Shown here: positions 51,601 to 64,000 of the stretch, piece after piece
Layout of the letters: every line of letters begins with the position of its first letter
How positions within the stretch are numbered: the first letter of the stretch is position 1
Assembly: GCA_965655095.1 (NCBI GenBank)
Contig: OZ296649.1
Span: 94,674,001 to 94,738,000, forward strand
Origin: Haplodiscus bocki
Taxonomy: Eukaryota
Reading direction: 5' to 3'
DNA: 64,000 bases
Made by a program: the position numbers and the translations under genes
The notes under the pieces: generated by a model
Seen by the model: the letters and a program-made list of their open reading frames with translations, nothing else
Database searches by the model: none
Told to the model about the DNA's origin: nothing

Positions 51601-54600
51601 TAAGTACAGAAGAGAATCAAAAATTTTACATTTCCGAGAGAAGAGTGTTGGGGGTCATTTTCGTTGATTTTGTGGGTTGCTTTTGCTTACCACGGTAATG
51701 AGTGTTATTATGGACGGTTAAGGTTGACCTGCGGGGTCTGCATGGTTTCCTGGTGGCTCAGGCTTTTGGATGTGTGAGAGGTTGAGGTGCAGGGCTTATA
51801 AGTATTATGTGGACTAAAGTAGGGCCAAAGCATGCTAAGGAAAAATTTAAAAGAACAGTATAACATAATTTCTATTGAAAAAACTTTGTGTCTGAAACTG
51901 TTCTGACTGCATGTGGGAACTAATGAAAATGCTTGTGAAGTTCTTTTTTTAGTGTTAGTATAAATTACAGTACATAATAAGAGCTAATATCGTATAAAAA
52001 GTGAAAGATTTAGAGTAGTTACTCAATGCCTTTAAGCAGAAAACCGATTGTTTTAAATCTGTAAAATGCCTTCTTTGTTCTTGTAAGGAGACGTCCTATA
52101 GTTTGTAAAAATAAGAGCTTGAACAAGTATGCAGTTACTGTTTAATAATAAGAGTTTAATGTTTATTAGCAGAGCAGCGACGGCCGCTATTATAAAGAAT
52201 CGGAAAGTTTTGAAATGTTGTCAAATTGGAAAATTTCACGTCATTTTTTGCCAAAAAATATTGAATTCATGGTTCTAGAAAACATCTTTTGCAAAATATA
52301 TGACAGAAACCCAGTGATAGCTGGGTGCCTTGTTTTGACTACAATTGAACAATATTTGTATTTTCCGATTGCCATCAATGTGATGGGCCAAACTCTTCTC
52401 GAGTTTTCTTTCTCCATATGGTACTCCTTAGTTTTACTTCGTAGCTCTTGGTTCTGTCTTCAGATTGCAAAGGTTGCCAGAAAGGTCCTTAGTTGACCTG
52501 TAGGCACCAGTCGGACACCCACGAACATTGTTGTAATTGAGGATTTGTAGAATTTTAGAGTCTTAACAAAAAAAACAAATTGGGGTAGAAATGATGTTTT
52601 GTGTTGCTTCAGCTTGGAGAGTTCGTTGGGCACCAGATTTTCCGTGTGGTTACATGTCTTATTGCTTTTAGACAATTTCCAGGGCAAAACTGCGTTTTGT
52701 TCGTATCTTTGGATTCATTCCGAAGTTTTGGAGCGCAGGAGCAGTATCTAAAAAACAATGTCTGTAAAATTTTAACATTCGCTCGGGAATAATATCTAAA
52801 ATCAGACAGCACGGCTGAAGTCCTGAAAAAACGTCAAGATTTTTTCACCTAAAGTAAAACGGTAATAAGATTTTGAAACCAGGAGAAAGGTCAAAATCGC
52901 CCACAATACTTCTCTATTTCAATCTCTAAATGTGAAAATTCTATCAGCACAGAAAATAGCCGAACAATCGATTGATAGAAAAGATTTTTTTTGACTCAGG
53001 CCCAATAAGTATGGCAATTTTTAGTAAAAGTCTTCGATGCAGCATCTGTACAAAAAATGTCCACTCGGCGTGGTTCAAAAAATGAACCTTTCCATTTCAC
53101 ATGCCCAACATTTTTGTAAAGCCTGTTTTATCCTCGTCACGTACAAACTCAATACAGCCAGGGGACTGTCCGTGGAAAAAGATCATGTCATTCACAGTAT
53201 TTTTTCATTTTTTTAACATCTGCAATTTTTCAAAGATTTTTGAGAGGAAATCATGGTTTTTCAGCACATTATCAAAAGCTTCAGTTTTAATGCGAATGGG
53301 CGGTGAAATTGTTGTTTGACTTTCTTTTTCTCATGATAAACAATATTTTTGTAAGAGTAGTTAGATAAGATTTTCTGTTTGATAATTTTGATGAAGTCAT
53401 CGCGTCAAAACTTTGTCTACTATCAAGGCATCAAAAAATTACCAGTTAACCCTTATATGCTCGGAATAGAATTTTTTTCCATGCACCGTGAAAGTGGGCC
53501 GTGCCAAATTAAATGCAATGGCCGCAGTTAAAAAGTTCCGCAAGTAAAATTACATGCAGATGCAGACGAAACTTTCCACAGGTAACGATTGCCAGCAGCT
53601 TCCGCAGGTAACTATTGAAAATTTACCTGCGCCCGCAAATAAACTATGTGGAGCCTCTACTGTGCGTGTCAAGTAGGATGTTTTCAAGCCTAGTGACTTC
53701 TTTTTCTATGCAGTAACAAGCATTTTGATCAAATTAAACATTTACTGCCCTTAAAGTGAACGGTGAATCCTTCGAAAGTGATTTCGTTCAGAATATTATG
53801 GACTGTTCCTTGATGGTTATTCAAAGCTCTGTCCGAGAAACAGAGCTAGTTTGAAAAGTCTTCAATCTGGCAAAAATGAGTAGGATATGACTGCTATCAC
53901 TTTTCTCTATCTTCATCGAGTTGCGGAAAAAGGTTAAAAAAACGAAGATTTGGGGAAAGACACTCACGAAAATGAAGTACGTGAAAAAAACTGCTCAACA
54001 GCACATACACTCTGAGAGACTTTTGAAGTTTCTGAGTTTGTAGAAATCAAGGAGCTTCAATTGAAGAGATGAACGCGTTGCTTTTCATTGAAAGTCCTAA
54101 AATTAAGTTTACAGGACAAGCATTAACCAAATTTTACTGAAACCTGGCGACAACATTTGGCGCGAAGGTTGTTAAGTCTTTGAGGTTCTAATGTTGTTCA
54201 GAATTAAGGTTATAATTTTGCGAGAAAACACTTGGGAAGAATGAGGGAGAGAACCATTTGGAAGTTGCTGGCTGTGGCATTTGGTGTGTTCCGTTTACTG
54301 ATGGAACAAAATTTCAAAGATCACTTGTTGTGCGACATTGGATGTATAAAAATTTTAACTGTAGAATAAGGGTCTTTTTGCAGTCTCCGTTTTAAGATTT
54401 CTCTGGCAATTTAGTGAGGGGGAACTCGGGAGCATTGACGCCTTATAGAGCGACAGAAGTGGCACGATTTTTTCAAGTCACTGTTGGGGGAATTTCCCGA
54501 AGAAGTTTTTCGTAGAGTTTTCTTGAAGATTCTTGAGTAATGGAATGCAATGCGTTGGTTTCATGGGGTTCATTTAGAACAACAAGAAGAAGTTCTACTT

Positions 54601-57435
54601 TTAGGTGAAAAGATAAAAATGAGAAGGGTCTCTGCCTCACTTGATCGATGTTAGTAGTGGAAGTCCTCAAGTTTTTGATGCATTAGGAGTTTGGAATTGT
54701 TTGGTGTGGGTGATGCGTTTTTTGGACTGGATGTTTTATAGGAAAGTGGAACTGAGCGACATGACAAGGGTGATTAGGGATAAAAAGTGGCCTTCCTGGG
54801 ACCTTTGGTTTCGGTGATGCAAATAAAAGATTGTTCCGTTTCATCCGAATGATTGGGTAGACGTGAAGTTACGAGCGTGTTTTGGATTTTTCAAAAAGTT
54901 GATCAAACTGAAATTTCTCAATTTGGCAGTTTTACGAGTAGTTTTTAAAGTTAGGGTATTTGAACGAGTGGTTTTTGATGTCTACCGCCGGAAGTTCGGT
55001 CAGAACCAGCAGTGACAATCAGGTGCTACTGTGACTAATTGTTCTCCACATAAACACTCCAAAGAAAACTGTTTTTTTTGTGCGCGCTTTTCTCATTTTG
55101 CAACATATCTTGTGAAACAAGTCCCGGAAAAGTCTTCAAGACGTGTCAGTGAAAACCTATCGGCCAAAACTATCAGGAAAGTCAATGACGTTACTCAAAA
55201 CGCGAAAACTAACGGTAAACAGACATAGCTCGAGACCAAACGTGATCGTAACAGTGCAATTTGTGAGTACCGGGGAGGCAAGCTGCTTGGTTACGTGCAG
55301 TTCCAGATGTTAAGGGGTAGTTGTTTAGTGTGGTTACGGAATTTTTGGCAGAAGTAGGGGACACTTATTTGCCGGGAAAAAAATTAATTATTGATATACC
55401 CACCGATGGACTGGGCACGGTTGAAATTTGAGAGAAAGTTAGTGATTATTCAACCAATGAGTTTTTTCTATGTGTACATCGGATACCTTTGGAACTACAC
55501 TTACCGTTTCGTGACAAACATTCAACAAAAAAGGCTTATCCAACTGCGTACAGCGATTTTCTGTTAACATACGGGCCCTATCTGCCGTCTGCAGTGGTTC
55601 TTTGGTAGGTGGCACCACTAGCCACAACGCGGGACAAATTGCGTGATAAAATCTCACAAGAATTTGTAGATTAGAAAATAATTTCGTTTAAATAAAATTT
55701 TTACTCGTAAAGTATTTTGAGCAATCCATATTTAACAACAGTGAGGCTGCTTTTGAACCCATGACATGAATTCTTTTCTTTTTTTTAGACACGCAAACAG
55801 TTGTTGCTGAACGTGTATTTTACCAAAAAAATTTTATGCATTTGCTCTAGTTAAAAACTTGTTTTGGAGTTCAACAAGGTTGATTTCAGAAACGGATTAA
55901 GTACAGAAGAGAATCAAAAATTTTACATTTCCGAGAGAAGAGTGTTGGGAGTCATTTTTGTTGATTTTGTGGGTTGCTTTTGCTTACCACGGTAATGAGT
56001 GTTATTATGGACGGTTAAGGTTGATCTGCGGGGTCTGCATGGTTTCCCGGTGTCTCAGGCTTTTGGATGTGTGGGAGGTTGAGGTGCAGGGCTTATAAGT
56101 ATTATGTGGACTAAAGTAGGGCGAAAGCATGCTAAGGAAAAATTTAAATGAACAGTATAACATACTTTCTATTGAAAAAACTTTGTGTCTGAAACTGTTC
56201 AGACTGCATGTGGGAACTAATGAAAATGCTTGTGAAGTTCGTTTTTTAGTGTTAGTATAAATTACAGTACATAATAAGAGCTAATATCGTATAAAAAGTG
56301 AAAGATTTAGAGTAGTTACTCAATGCCTTTAAGCAAAAGACCGATTGTTTTAAGTCTGTAAAATGCCTTCTTTGTTCTTGTAAGGAGACGTCCTATAGTT
56401 TGTAAAAATAAGAGCTTGAACAAGTATGCAGTTACTGTTTAATAATAAGAGTTTAATGTTTATTAGCAGAGCAGCGACGGCCGCTATTATAAAGAATCGG
56501 AAAGTTTTGAAATGTTGTCAAATTGGAAAATTTCACGTCATTTTTTGCCAAAAAATATTGAATTCATGGTTCTAGAAAACATCTTTTGCAAAATATATGA
56601 CAGAAACCCAGTGATAGCTGGGTGCCTTGTTTTGACTACAATTGAACAATATTTGTATTTTCCGATTGCCATCAATGTGATGGGCCAAACTCTTCTCGAG
56701 TTTTCTTTCTCCATATGGTACTCCTTAGTTTTACTTCGTAGCTCTTGGTTCTGTCTTCAGATTGCAAAGGTTGCCAGAAAGGTCCTTAGTTGACCTGTAG
56801 GCACCAGTCGGACACCCACGAACATTGTTGTAATTGAGGATTTGTAGAATTTTAGAGTCTTAACAAAAAAAACAAATTGGGGTAGAAATGATGTTTTGTG
56901 TTGCTTCAGCTTGGAGAGTTCGTTGGGCACCAGATTTTCCGTGTGGTTACATGTCTTATTGCTTTTAGACAATTTCCAGGGCAAAACTGCGTTTTGTTCG
57001 TATCTTTGGATTCATTCCGAAGTTTTGGAGCTCAGGAGCAGTATCTAAAAAACAATGTCTGTAAAATTTTAACATTCGCTCGGGAATAATATCTAAAATC
57101 AGACAGCACGGCTGAAGTCCTGAAAAAACGTCAAGATTTTTTCACCTAAAGTAAAACGGTAATAAGATTTTGAAACCAGGAGAAAGGTCAAAATCGCCCA
57201 CAATACTTCTCTATTTCAATCTCTAAATGTGAAAATTCTATCAGCACAGAAAATAGCCGAACAATCGATTGATAGAACAGATTTATTTTGACTCAGGCCC
57301 AATAAGTATGGCAATTTTTAGTAAAAGTCTTCGATGCAGCATCTGTACAAAAAATGTCCACTCGGCGTGGTGCAAAAATTGAACCTTTCCATTTCACATG
57401 CGCAACATTTTTGTAGAGCCTGTTTTATCCTCGTC
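45637..57435. repeat. Near-identical 4.3-kb tandem duplication, ~2.7 copies (units start ~45637, ~49937, ~54239)
   Basis: The same short ORFs recur at ~4300-nt spacing (e.g. 47913/52215/56512). The third copy ends at tgttttatcctcgtc (57435). Confidence 0.97.
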
Positions 57436-58104
57436 CTTGGGTGATTGTGCTCTTAATCAGTATGAAAGTTCCCGAATACAATGTAGGCAGTATCAGAACA
57501 ACGTTTTTTGTAGAGAACACACCGTATGTTAGTTTTGACTTTGTATTCACTGTTTTTTGATTACCTATAACCATTACAACAAAAAATGCTTGAACCTTTA
57601 CGATGACCTTGAGTTTTCTCATAAATCATGACGCCATGAAGAAGTCAAATAATTTAGGAACACGCATCAAAAAACAAAAATTATGGCTAAATTTTTAGAC
57701 ATTACTTCCGAAAAATGACTCCAACTATGTCACTTTTAGACATTATTGAAAATTTGATTTAGAATGATTCGTTCAGATGCTATTCCCTTCTCCCCGAGTT
57801 TTTGATATGACGGTAGAACCACACAAAGTTTTCACGGATTTAGTCAGTTCGCTACTGTACGAAGGGAATTTGCCTGCGTAACTTTTACATTGTATATAAC
57901 GCAAATCTTTACCAAATTACGTCAAGCACAGTTTTAACATTATACTGGATTACTATCTCTGGCTTTGTTTCATATAAGCTTTCAGTGTTATTATTTTGCG
58001 CCATATTTATAGTATGGAAGCAAAACCCGGATCGAAATAATGGCCGAAATTTTTCCGGTTTAAGCGCGTTAACGGCGGTCAAAATTAGCCACAGAAGCCG
58101 TTAT

Positions 58105-58200
58105 TAACTGGAAAAAAACGCGGCGTTAACGGCGTTGAACTGGAAAAATAGCGGTGTTAACGGCGTCGAACCAGAAAAACAGCGGTGCTAATGGCGTTTT
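58105..58200. repeat. ~31-bp degenerate minisatellite
   Basis: ac(t/c)(g/a)gaaaaa..gcgg(c/t)g(t/c)taa(c/t)ggcgt x3, with a related gttaacggcg at ~58068. Confidence 0.7.
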
Positions 58201-58685
58201 TCATGGCCGCAGAGACTCTCCTTCTGAACTCTTGTCACCATGTCGTGGCCGCAGAGACTCTGTTTCTGAACTCTTGTCATCATGTCGTGGCCAACTTCTG
58301 GGCCAGAGTTTTGTGTAGTCTGGCTGCGGAAGACGCCTGCTTTAGGATGAGGATCACTCTGGGAGTCGCCCTCATTCGTTCCCTGGTTTTCCACGTTTGT
58401 ATTCCGGAATTTTCCCGAAACGGTTCCAGAATGCGTCCGTATCTGTGGGTTCAAGAGAAATTCGTCTAATTTAGATAGAGCACAGAAAATGCACGACTCT
58501 GTCCTGCTGAACTCCTGGGACAGTTTTTTAGTGACTCTGCCTTCAATCTCCTCAGAAACTTGTGTGATATATTCCTCGTTAATTCTAGGAACGGACATGT
58601 TTCGTGACTGGCCGTTCCTAGGATGTTCCTCTTGTGTTTCTCTTGTAACGGTTGCCAACTTTCGTTTGTTTCTCAATGTTGCCAT
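58188..58685 (-). mobile_element. Truncated ORF, probably the N-terminus of a retrotransposon gag-like protein
   Basis: 165-aa intronless ORF MATLRNKRKL...EEIEGRVTKKLSQEFSRTES..ALSKLDEFLLNPQ with internal 42-bp repeats (58202-58292), cut off by the minisatellite. The TE assignment is from general appearance, with no diagnostic motif. Confidence 0.45.
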
Positions 58686-58925
58686 TTTTTGAAGGGAAAA
58701 TGCTACGCAGTTATGAAGACTGAATTAGTTTTTATTTGTTAATCAAGTTGAGATTATAACAAAAAATGTGATTCTTTAGAATAAACAACTAGTCGCAATC
58801 AGTACCGTCAACTGATAATCAAAGTGATATTAAGTATCTCTTCCTTTAGTACTTTCATTTCTCCTATTCATACATCTTCCTTGGCGGGAAACAAAATTGT
58901 TTGCACGCCAAGTAAAGGTACAAAG

Positions 58926-59003
58926 TAGGGAAAAGTACTCTAATTATAATAATTACAAAGAAAATAGGGAAAAGTACTCTAATTATAATAATTACAAAGA
59001 AAA
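58926..59003. repeat. Perfect 39-bp tandem duplication
   Basis: tagggaaaagtactctaattataataattacaaagaaaa x2. Confidence 0.9.
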
Positions 59004-62000
59004 TATGCCGACTCTGGCGGGAAATAAACATTTTTTCCGTCCACTTTTTCCTTTACAGACCGTGTCTTTTCCATCTTTCGACAGAAAATATACGAATTTG
59101 AGCAGTCGAAAATTGACATCAAAGTGCTTATTTCCGCGCCGACACAATAAAAAATAACATAAACAATTGATCAGAAAGAATTTCCATAAAAGGAAAGTAT
59201 TAAAAAATGCACCACAATTAGGTAAAATTCACTGAAATAATCATAGAAAATCATAATTACATGCTTGGGAATTCCCTTGCGTCGACGAAAATGACTTTTG
59301 GAACCAAACTAGGCTTTTTCTTAGTCCATTCCTTGTTAAGACAGGCCGGTTCCTCATTTTGGCCAAAGCGTTCCGGAACGACTACGTAGGTGCTTGTAGC
59401 ACTGTTCGCCGCAGTGCTACTTAGAAGAATGATTTAGGTGGCTACGCAAGCGGTCCGTGTTCATCCAAATTGACAAAGCATAATAGCACAGCGGATTGGT
59501 TGAATTTTTAGTGACGTCACCAGATAGGTAGCGACGTAACAAATATTCACTCCAAGCCTAGAGTAGCTACTAGGTAGGTACGTGTCCGTTCCGTAACAGT
59601 TCCGTCTCAATCTGGATCAGTACACGGGAGTGCTACGTATACGATACGTAGAATTTATATGCAAATTTATTGGGGAGTGATACATTTTTCATACGTATCA
59701 ACTACATGTAAAGGCGTTGATATATTACTGCAATATTATTATATGAATAGAAAAGGAAAAGGTTAAAGTTTCGATACAGTTTCTTCTAATTTTCAGGCAA
59801 TCCGCGGATGTCCTTTTCTTTCTTTATGCACGTAGGTATCGCGGATATACTTCGACACACCCCCTCTTTTGTGAGAGGACATTCCCATGGTCAATCTTCT
59901 TTTCTGCTATCGATGCGCTCTGCTCATCGATGATTGTTCCACATAGAAATCACAAGTAGCAGGAGCTCACACGATGACCAATCGCCAGTAATAATTCGAA
60001 TCATAAAAGAAGATTCATGCTCACTGATAAGAGCTGATGAATTCACCAAGAATAGTTTGTCAAATTACGGAGTACATACGTAAGTTCTCCATAGTTTCCT
60101 TTTCCGCTGGGAATTTCTTTTTAGTTTCCGTATTGAATGGTTAATTGATGAAATTAAGTAATAGTGAGTAAAATTTGAGGGTGTTACTGTGTAAACAATT
60201 CGAGGAAAGCAAAGTTTTGAAAAGAGGAAGTTTTTAGTTTCGTTCCTCAGCGTATCCTTGAAATATCATTCTGACGTCATTGCTGGCAGACAAATTCATC
60301 AAAATTAAACTGAGTCAGTGGTTAATGAATAAAGCATGTAAATCCACGAATTGATAGTCAAGCCTTGCTTTTCATAGAATGTCTGAGAAGAGTGTGATCT
60401 GCATGAGGAGATCACTTTATCTCAAGCAGATACTAAGTCAGTTGTAGGTTCTGCCGGAACCCATTTTGCCACTTCCATCAACCTCCATTTGCCCCTGTAT
60501 AAAAGTTGTTGTGGATATGGTCGAGGAGAATCCGGGTGGAGTTCGGGAACAACTTGTTGTTGGAGATCATGGCGAAGCTGATGAAGATGCGGGGAGGGAG
60601 GCAGACATCGAGGGTGAGGATGTCGATGTTGATTGTGGTGCTCCCGCGTTGGCGATCTCCAGGTTTCAGTACCAGGGTTTCACTTTCTCAAACATTGTCC
60701 CAGGAAAATGACTGGAGGGACAGACTTTGTCTGAAGGTGTTGTTGACACCGCTCAACTTCCGCAATGTGAGTTTTCAAATCTTCAAAATTTACCTTTAAC
60801 CTTTTATTTAGAATTTCCTTGCTGGCCAGTCATTGAATTCTATTATGTTAGTTGTGCTGCGCGCGCTGAAACCTGAAGATGACTTCGTGAGGCTATTGTG
60901 TTTTGGTGTATAATTGTTAGTGTTTTAGTGTATCATCAAGCACAATTGTTGTTTTACTTATCTGTCCGCCAGCTCCCAAAGGATTATTTTCCCGTGTTTT
61001 GTTCCTGTTATTTGAATTTGACTTCTGTTGCGGAGGGGAACGAAACTGTAAATCCAACCTTCGTGCTGAAAGTTAACAAAAAACTACTAAGTTGAACGTC
61101 CAAATTGTCTAATTTACGACTTGTGATAAAATAATTTTTCTATGCCTGGCCATGCAACTGGGCTATCGAATTCGACAACCTTCGCAAAGCTACTAAAAGA
61201 ATGACTGTGCGTAGAGATTTTTACAGTAGCTGCCCGTCGTTTTTAATAGGTCAGCGTTTTAACCTTATGTGAGTGAATTAAGCATTCGCCCTTTTGCTTT
61301 GTTGCTTGGATTCCAGTAATTCTCAATTGTGTTGACCAGGGTTTTGAATGTTTTCTTCAAAAATCATAATTTTTGGCTACAGTCCTTCTCGCAATCTCAT
61401 TATTTTCTCAAAACTGTCAATACTCTAAACGTTCATTGCTGTCAGTCAAGGAGAAAAACAACCACAAAACCTCCAATTACTGACATATTCGAACTTTTTC
61501 ACACTGTGGTTCAACTTAGAGACACCAAATTGATTCACGGCCGGACAAATTACAGCAACATCAACATTCCAACTCAGAGCCGAAAACCAAGTCCGTCTTT
61601 CCGGAAGAATGCAAGTCAGTTGGTGAAGTTCTCAATTCAAAATTTTCCAAAATACTCGACGGAAGAGAATGTACTCTGACTAAACATCTCGGAACAATCA
61701 GTTTTCATTCTTCATGTCACTCAACTCTATTTTCAAAACCAAATATATAAAGCCTTAAAATTTCTCAACGTTTTTCTCACTGGTTTTTGTTTTAGTGAAC
61801 TCTTTTATCTTTCAGCCCAAGGTAAGCAATTTCTCCAGATTGTTCCTACCTGGGCCACGTCGTTGTGGAACTAAGTAGCGTTGATATCTTCCAAAGTTGT
61901 CGATTTCTGAAGAGAGGAACAAGAGAGACAAAAGTAGGCAATTCAGCTATGCAACAACTGACGGGTTAAAAACACAGACGCTCACAATTTATCTATACAG

Positions 62001-64000
62001 CATCTAATGAAATTTTATACAAGATTTTTGACAAATTTATGTTCAGCAACGAATGGTTAGTTTGAGAGCTCGGAAAATTGAGTTTTCGTGGCAACTTCGT
62101 CCGAATTACTCGGTAAATTTTTGGCAATGCGATAGTATCTTGTAAACATCTGCAGTTTCGACATTTCCGACAAAAGGCAGTTGTACATTATGGTAGCTGT
62201 GTCAATTTTCTCAATCAAAACAATTGTCGCAGCAGATCTGCGACGCCTACGAGCAGAGAAATCCAGATCGAGGAACACTCCCAAGCTCTCAAGCAAACCA
62301 ATAAACTGCATGCCTAACATTCATTAGACTTTCTAATTATGTTTATTTTATTTTTCAAAGAAATGATCACTAAAAAAGGATCATCAGACTAAACAGATCC
62401 AGAATAAGACGGAGCCGTTACGGAACAGCAGATAAGAACCGAGTACTTCCACTTAAAAGGTGCTACTTTGTAGCAAATTAATCACGTTTCAATTTATATC
62501 AACCTTCGAAGTACTGAATCACATGATGTGCTGTATTGTTGATAAATAAAAAAAACATATTGGTTAATTGAGCTAAAAGCAGTGTGATTTAATGAACGCC
62601 TGAAGAATCTAACAGTGAATATTTGATCTGTAGGCAGTCTGTTGCTACTAGTCGCGTTACGTCACGATAACTCCAATTAATCGTTTGTGCTGCTATGCTG
62701 TCCTAATAACACTAAAGACAGAGTCAATCCGTAATAACTCCGTCCCATCCCTAAGCTCCACTACTCGAGTTGCCGTTACCTCTGAACACGGAAATTTTCC
62801 GTAACGCACTATTGAAAACTATTGAAATTTAGGAACAGACTAGGAGTGTTCTGTAGAAAGACGGAAAGGACTACTCCTATGAGGCAGAAAGTGGAAAGAA
62901 AGGTGTTCATTTCCCACCTGAGTCGGCATTTTTTCGTTTTGTTGTCCTAATACGTAAGTAGTTTTCACTATTTTGTACCTAGCCTTGGCATGTAAGTAGT
63001 CATGTTCCATGCGAGGGAAAAAGTATGAGTAGGAGAAACGAAAGTACTCTTAAAACTAACTTGTATACAAATGCTATTAACGAATCAATGGTCTCGTTAA
63101 ACTGACAATATTTAAACAGTTGTTTCCTTTTCTTCCAGTTGAATGTTATAAAAAAACGTTAATTAAGCCTTCATAACTCTCTTTCAGTTTTCCACTCACG
63201 AATAGTAATGTTCAGAAACAAAAAGAAACCAACAGCAGTCAGTAGAGACAGACACCAAGAAAGTCCTAGAAACTACTATTCACGGGACACAAACGTTACT
63301 AGCATGAAAGAGGATTACATAACACAAATGTCCAACGAAATTGAAAGAAGTGACTGTAAAATTGCCTGAAACGTTTAGCAGGACAGAGAGTCGACATCAA
63401 AGCACTCTCTGGAAAATTTCACGAGTTTCTTTTGAACTCACAAGGGCGGGTGCAATACCGAACCACTCCGGACAAATCCTGGAATTATGGAAGAGAAAAC
63501 TGGTAGTAAAATGACGGTCGTTCCGTGAATGATCTTTATCTTGATATAGGTACATCAGTCAACAAGTCTTTTCATCCTTTGAAATAAGACCCTAATCTGG
63601 TACATTACTTGATGAGAGGAGATCAAGAATGAACCACCTACTGCACCAATGGGAATTCAAAAGGCCAGCTAAGTACTTTCTTCAAGGCTGCTACATTCCG
63701 CAGTGAGAACACCCTTGTGATGATTGAAGCAGACTAACTTTTGTTGGCCCTTCAACAACTGGCGAGCAACAGCAACACCAATGGTTTCGAAAACAACATA
63801 AACACAATGTCCCAGCTGCCACAGTAACTCACAACAACTGAACCATTCTCTGAACCCAACCTTAAAATGTTTCAACTGCTCGGAAATTTTTTTTAAACAA
63901 GCTTGATCAAACATTGTAGAGCTGAGTCGAGACGACTAGATAAATTATTATCACTTTATCACGCGTGACGATGCGTTGCAGACGTTCAAAAGCATCAAAA

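Noticed and set aside
46003-57089. Short ORFs conserved three times in the 4.3-kb units as real genes
   Set aside because: Conservation only reflects the recent duplication. No domains or splice structure were recognised.
63300-63914. 81-aa minus-strand ORF near the window end as a host gene exon
   Set aside because: No recognisable motif, the neighbouring frames are interrupted, and there is too little context.

Overview
AT-rich animal (eukaryotic) genomic DNA dominated by transposable elements. The repeat content resembles an acoel flatworm such as Symsagittifera, but that is an inference. One clear host gene is present: a 4-coding-exon equilibrative nucleoside transporter (SLC29/ENT, minus strand, 6022-14432, 449 aa), with one apparent GC-AG intron. 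About 100 bp upstream of its start lies a TSD-bounded, full-length but decayed CR1-group LINE (14537-19421, minus) with three ORFs: SGNH-like, PHD-ORF1 and APE-RT. An old Ty3/gypsy element (~20430-36905, minus) is split in its integrase by a 12.4-kb block of a second LINE family. In that block one copy inserted into another copy of itself, and the resulting direct repeat expanded into a six-unit ~1.58-kb tandem array. Further right are decayed unidentified ORFs (38-46 kb), a 4.3-kb x ~2.7 tandem duplication and other repeats. The most notable observation is that the independently defined 5' ends of both LINE families carry the same AT-rich, AG-terminated sequence (CCTAATTGTTGTGATAAACTTATTAAATAG). 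It is doubled in tandem in one element and present as its last 14 nt in the other. This fits a trans-spliced leader reverse-transcribed with the LINE RNA, i.e. retrotransposons that cycle through host SL trans-splicing.
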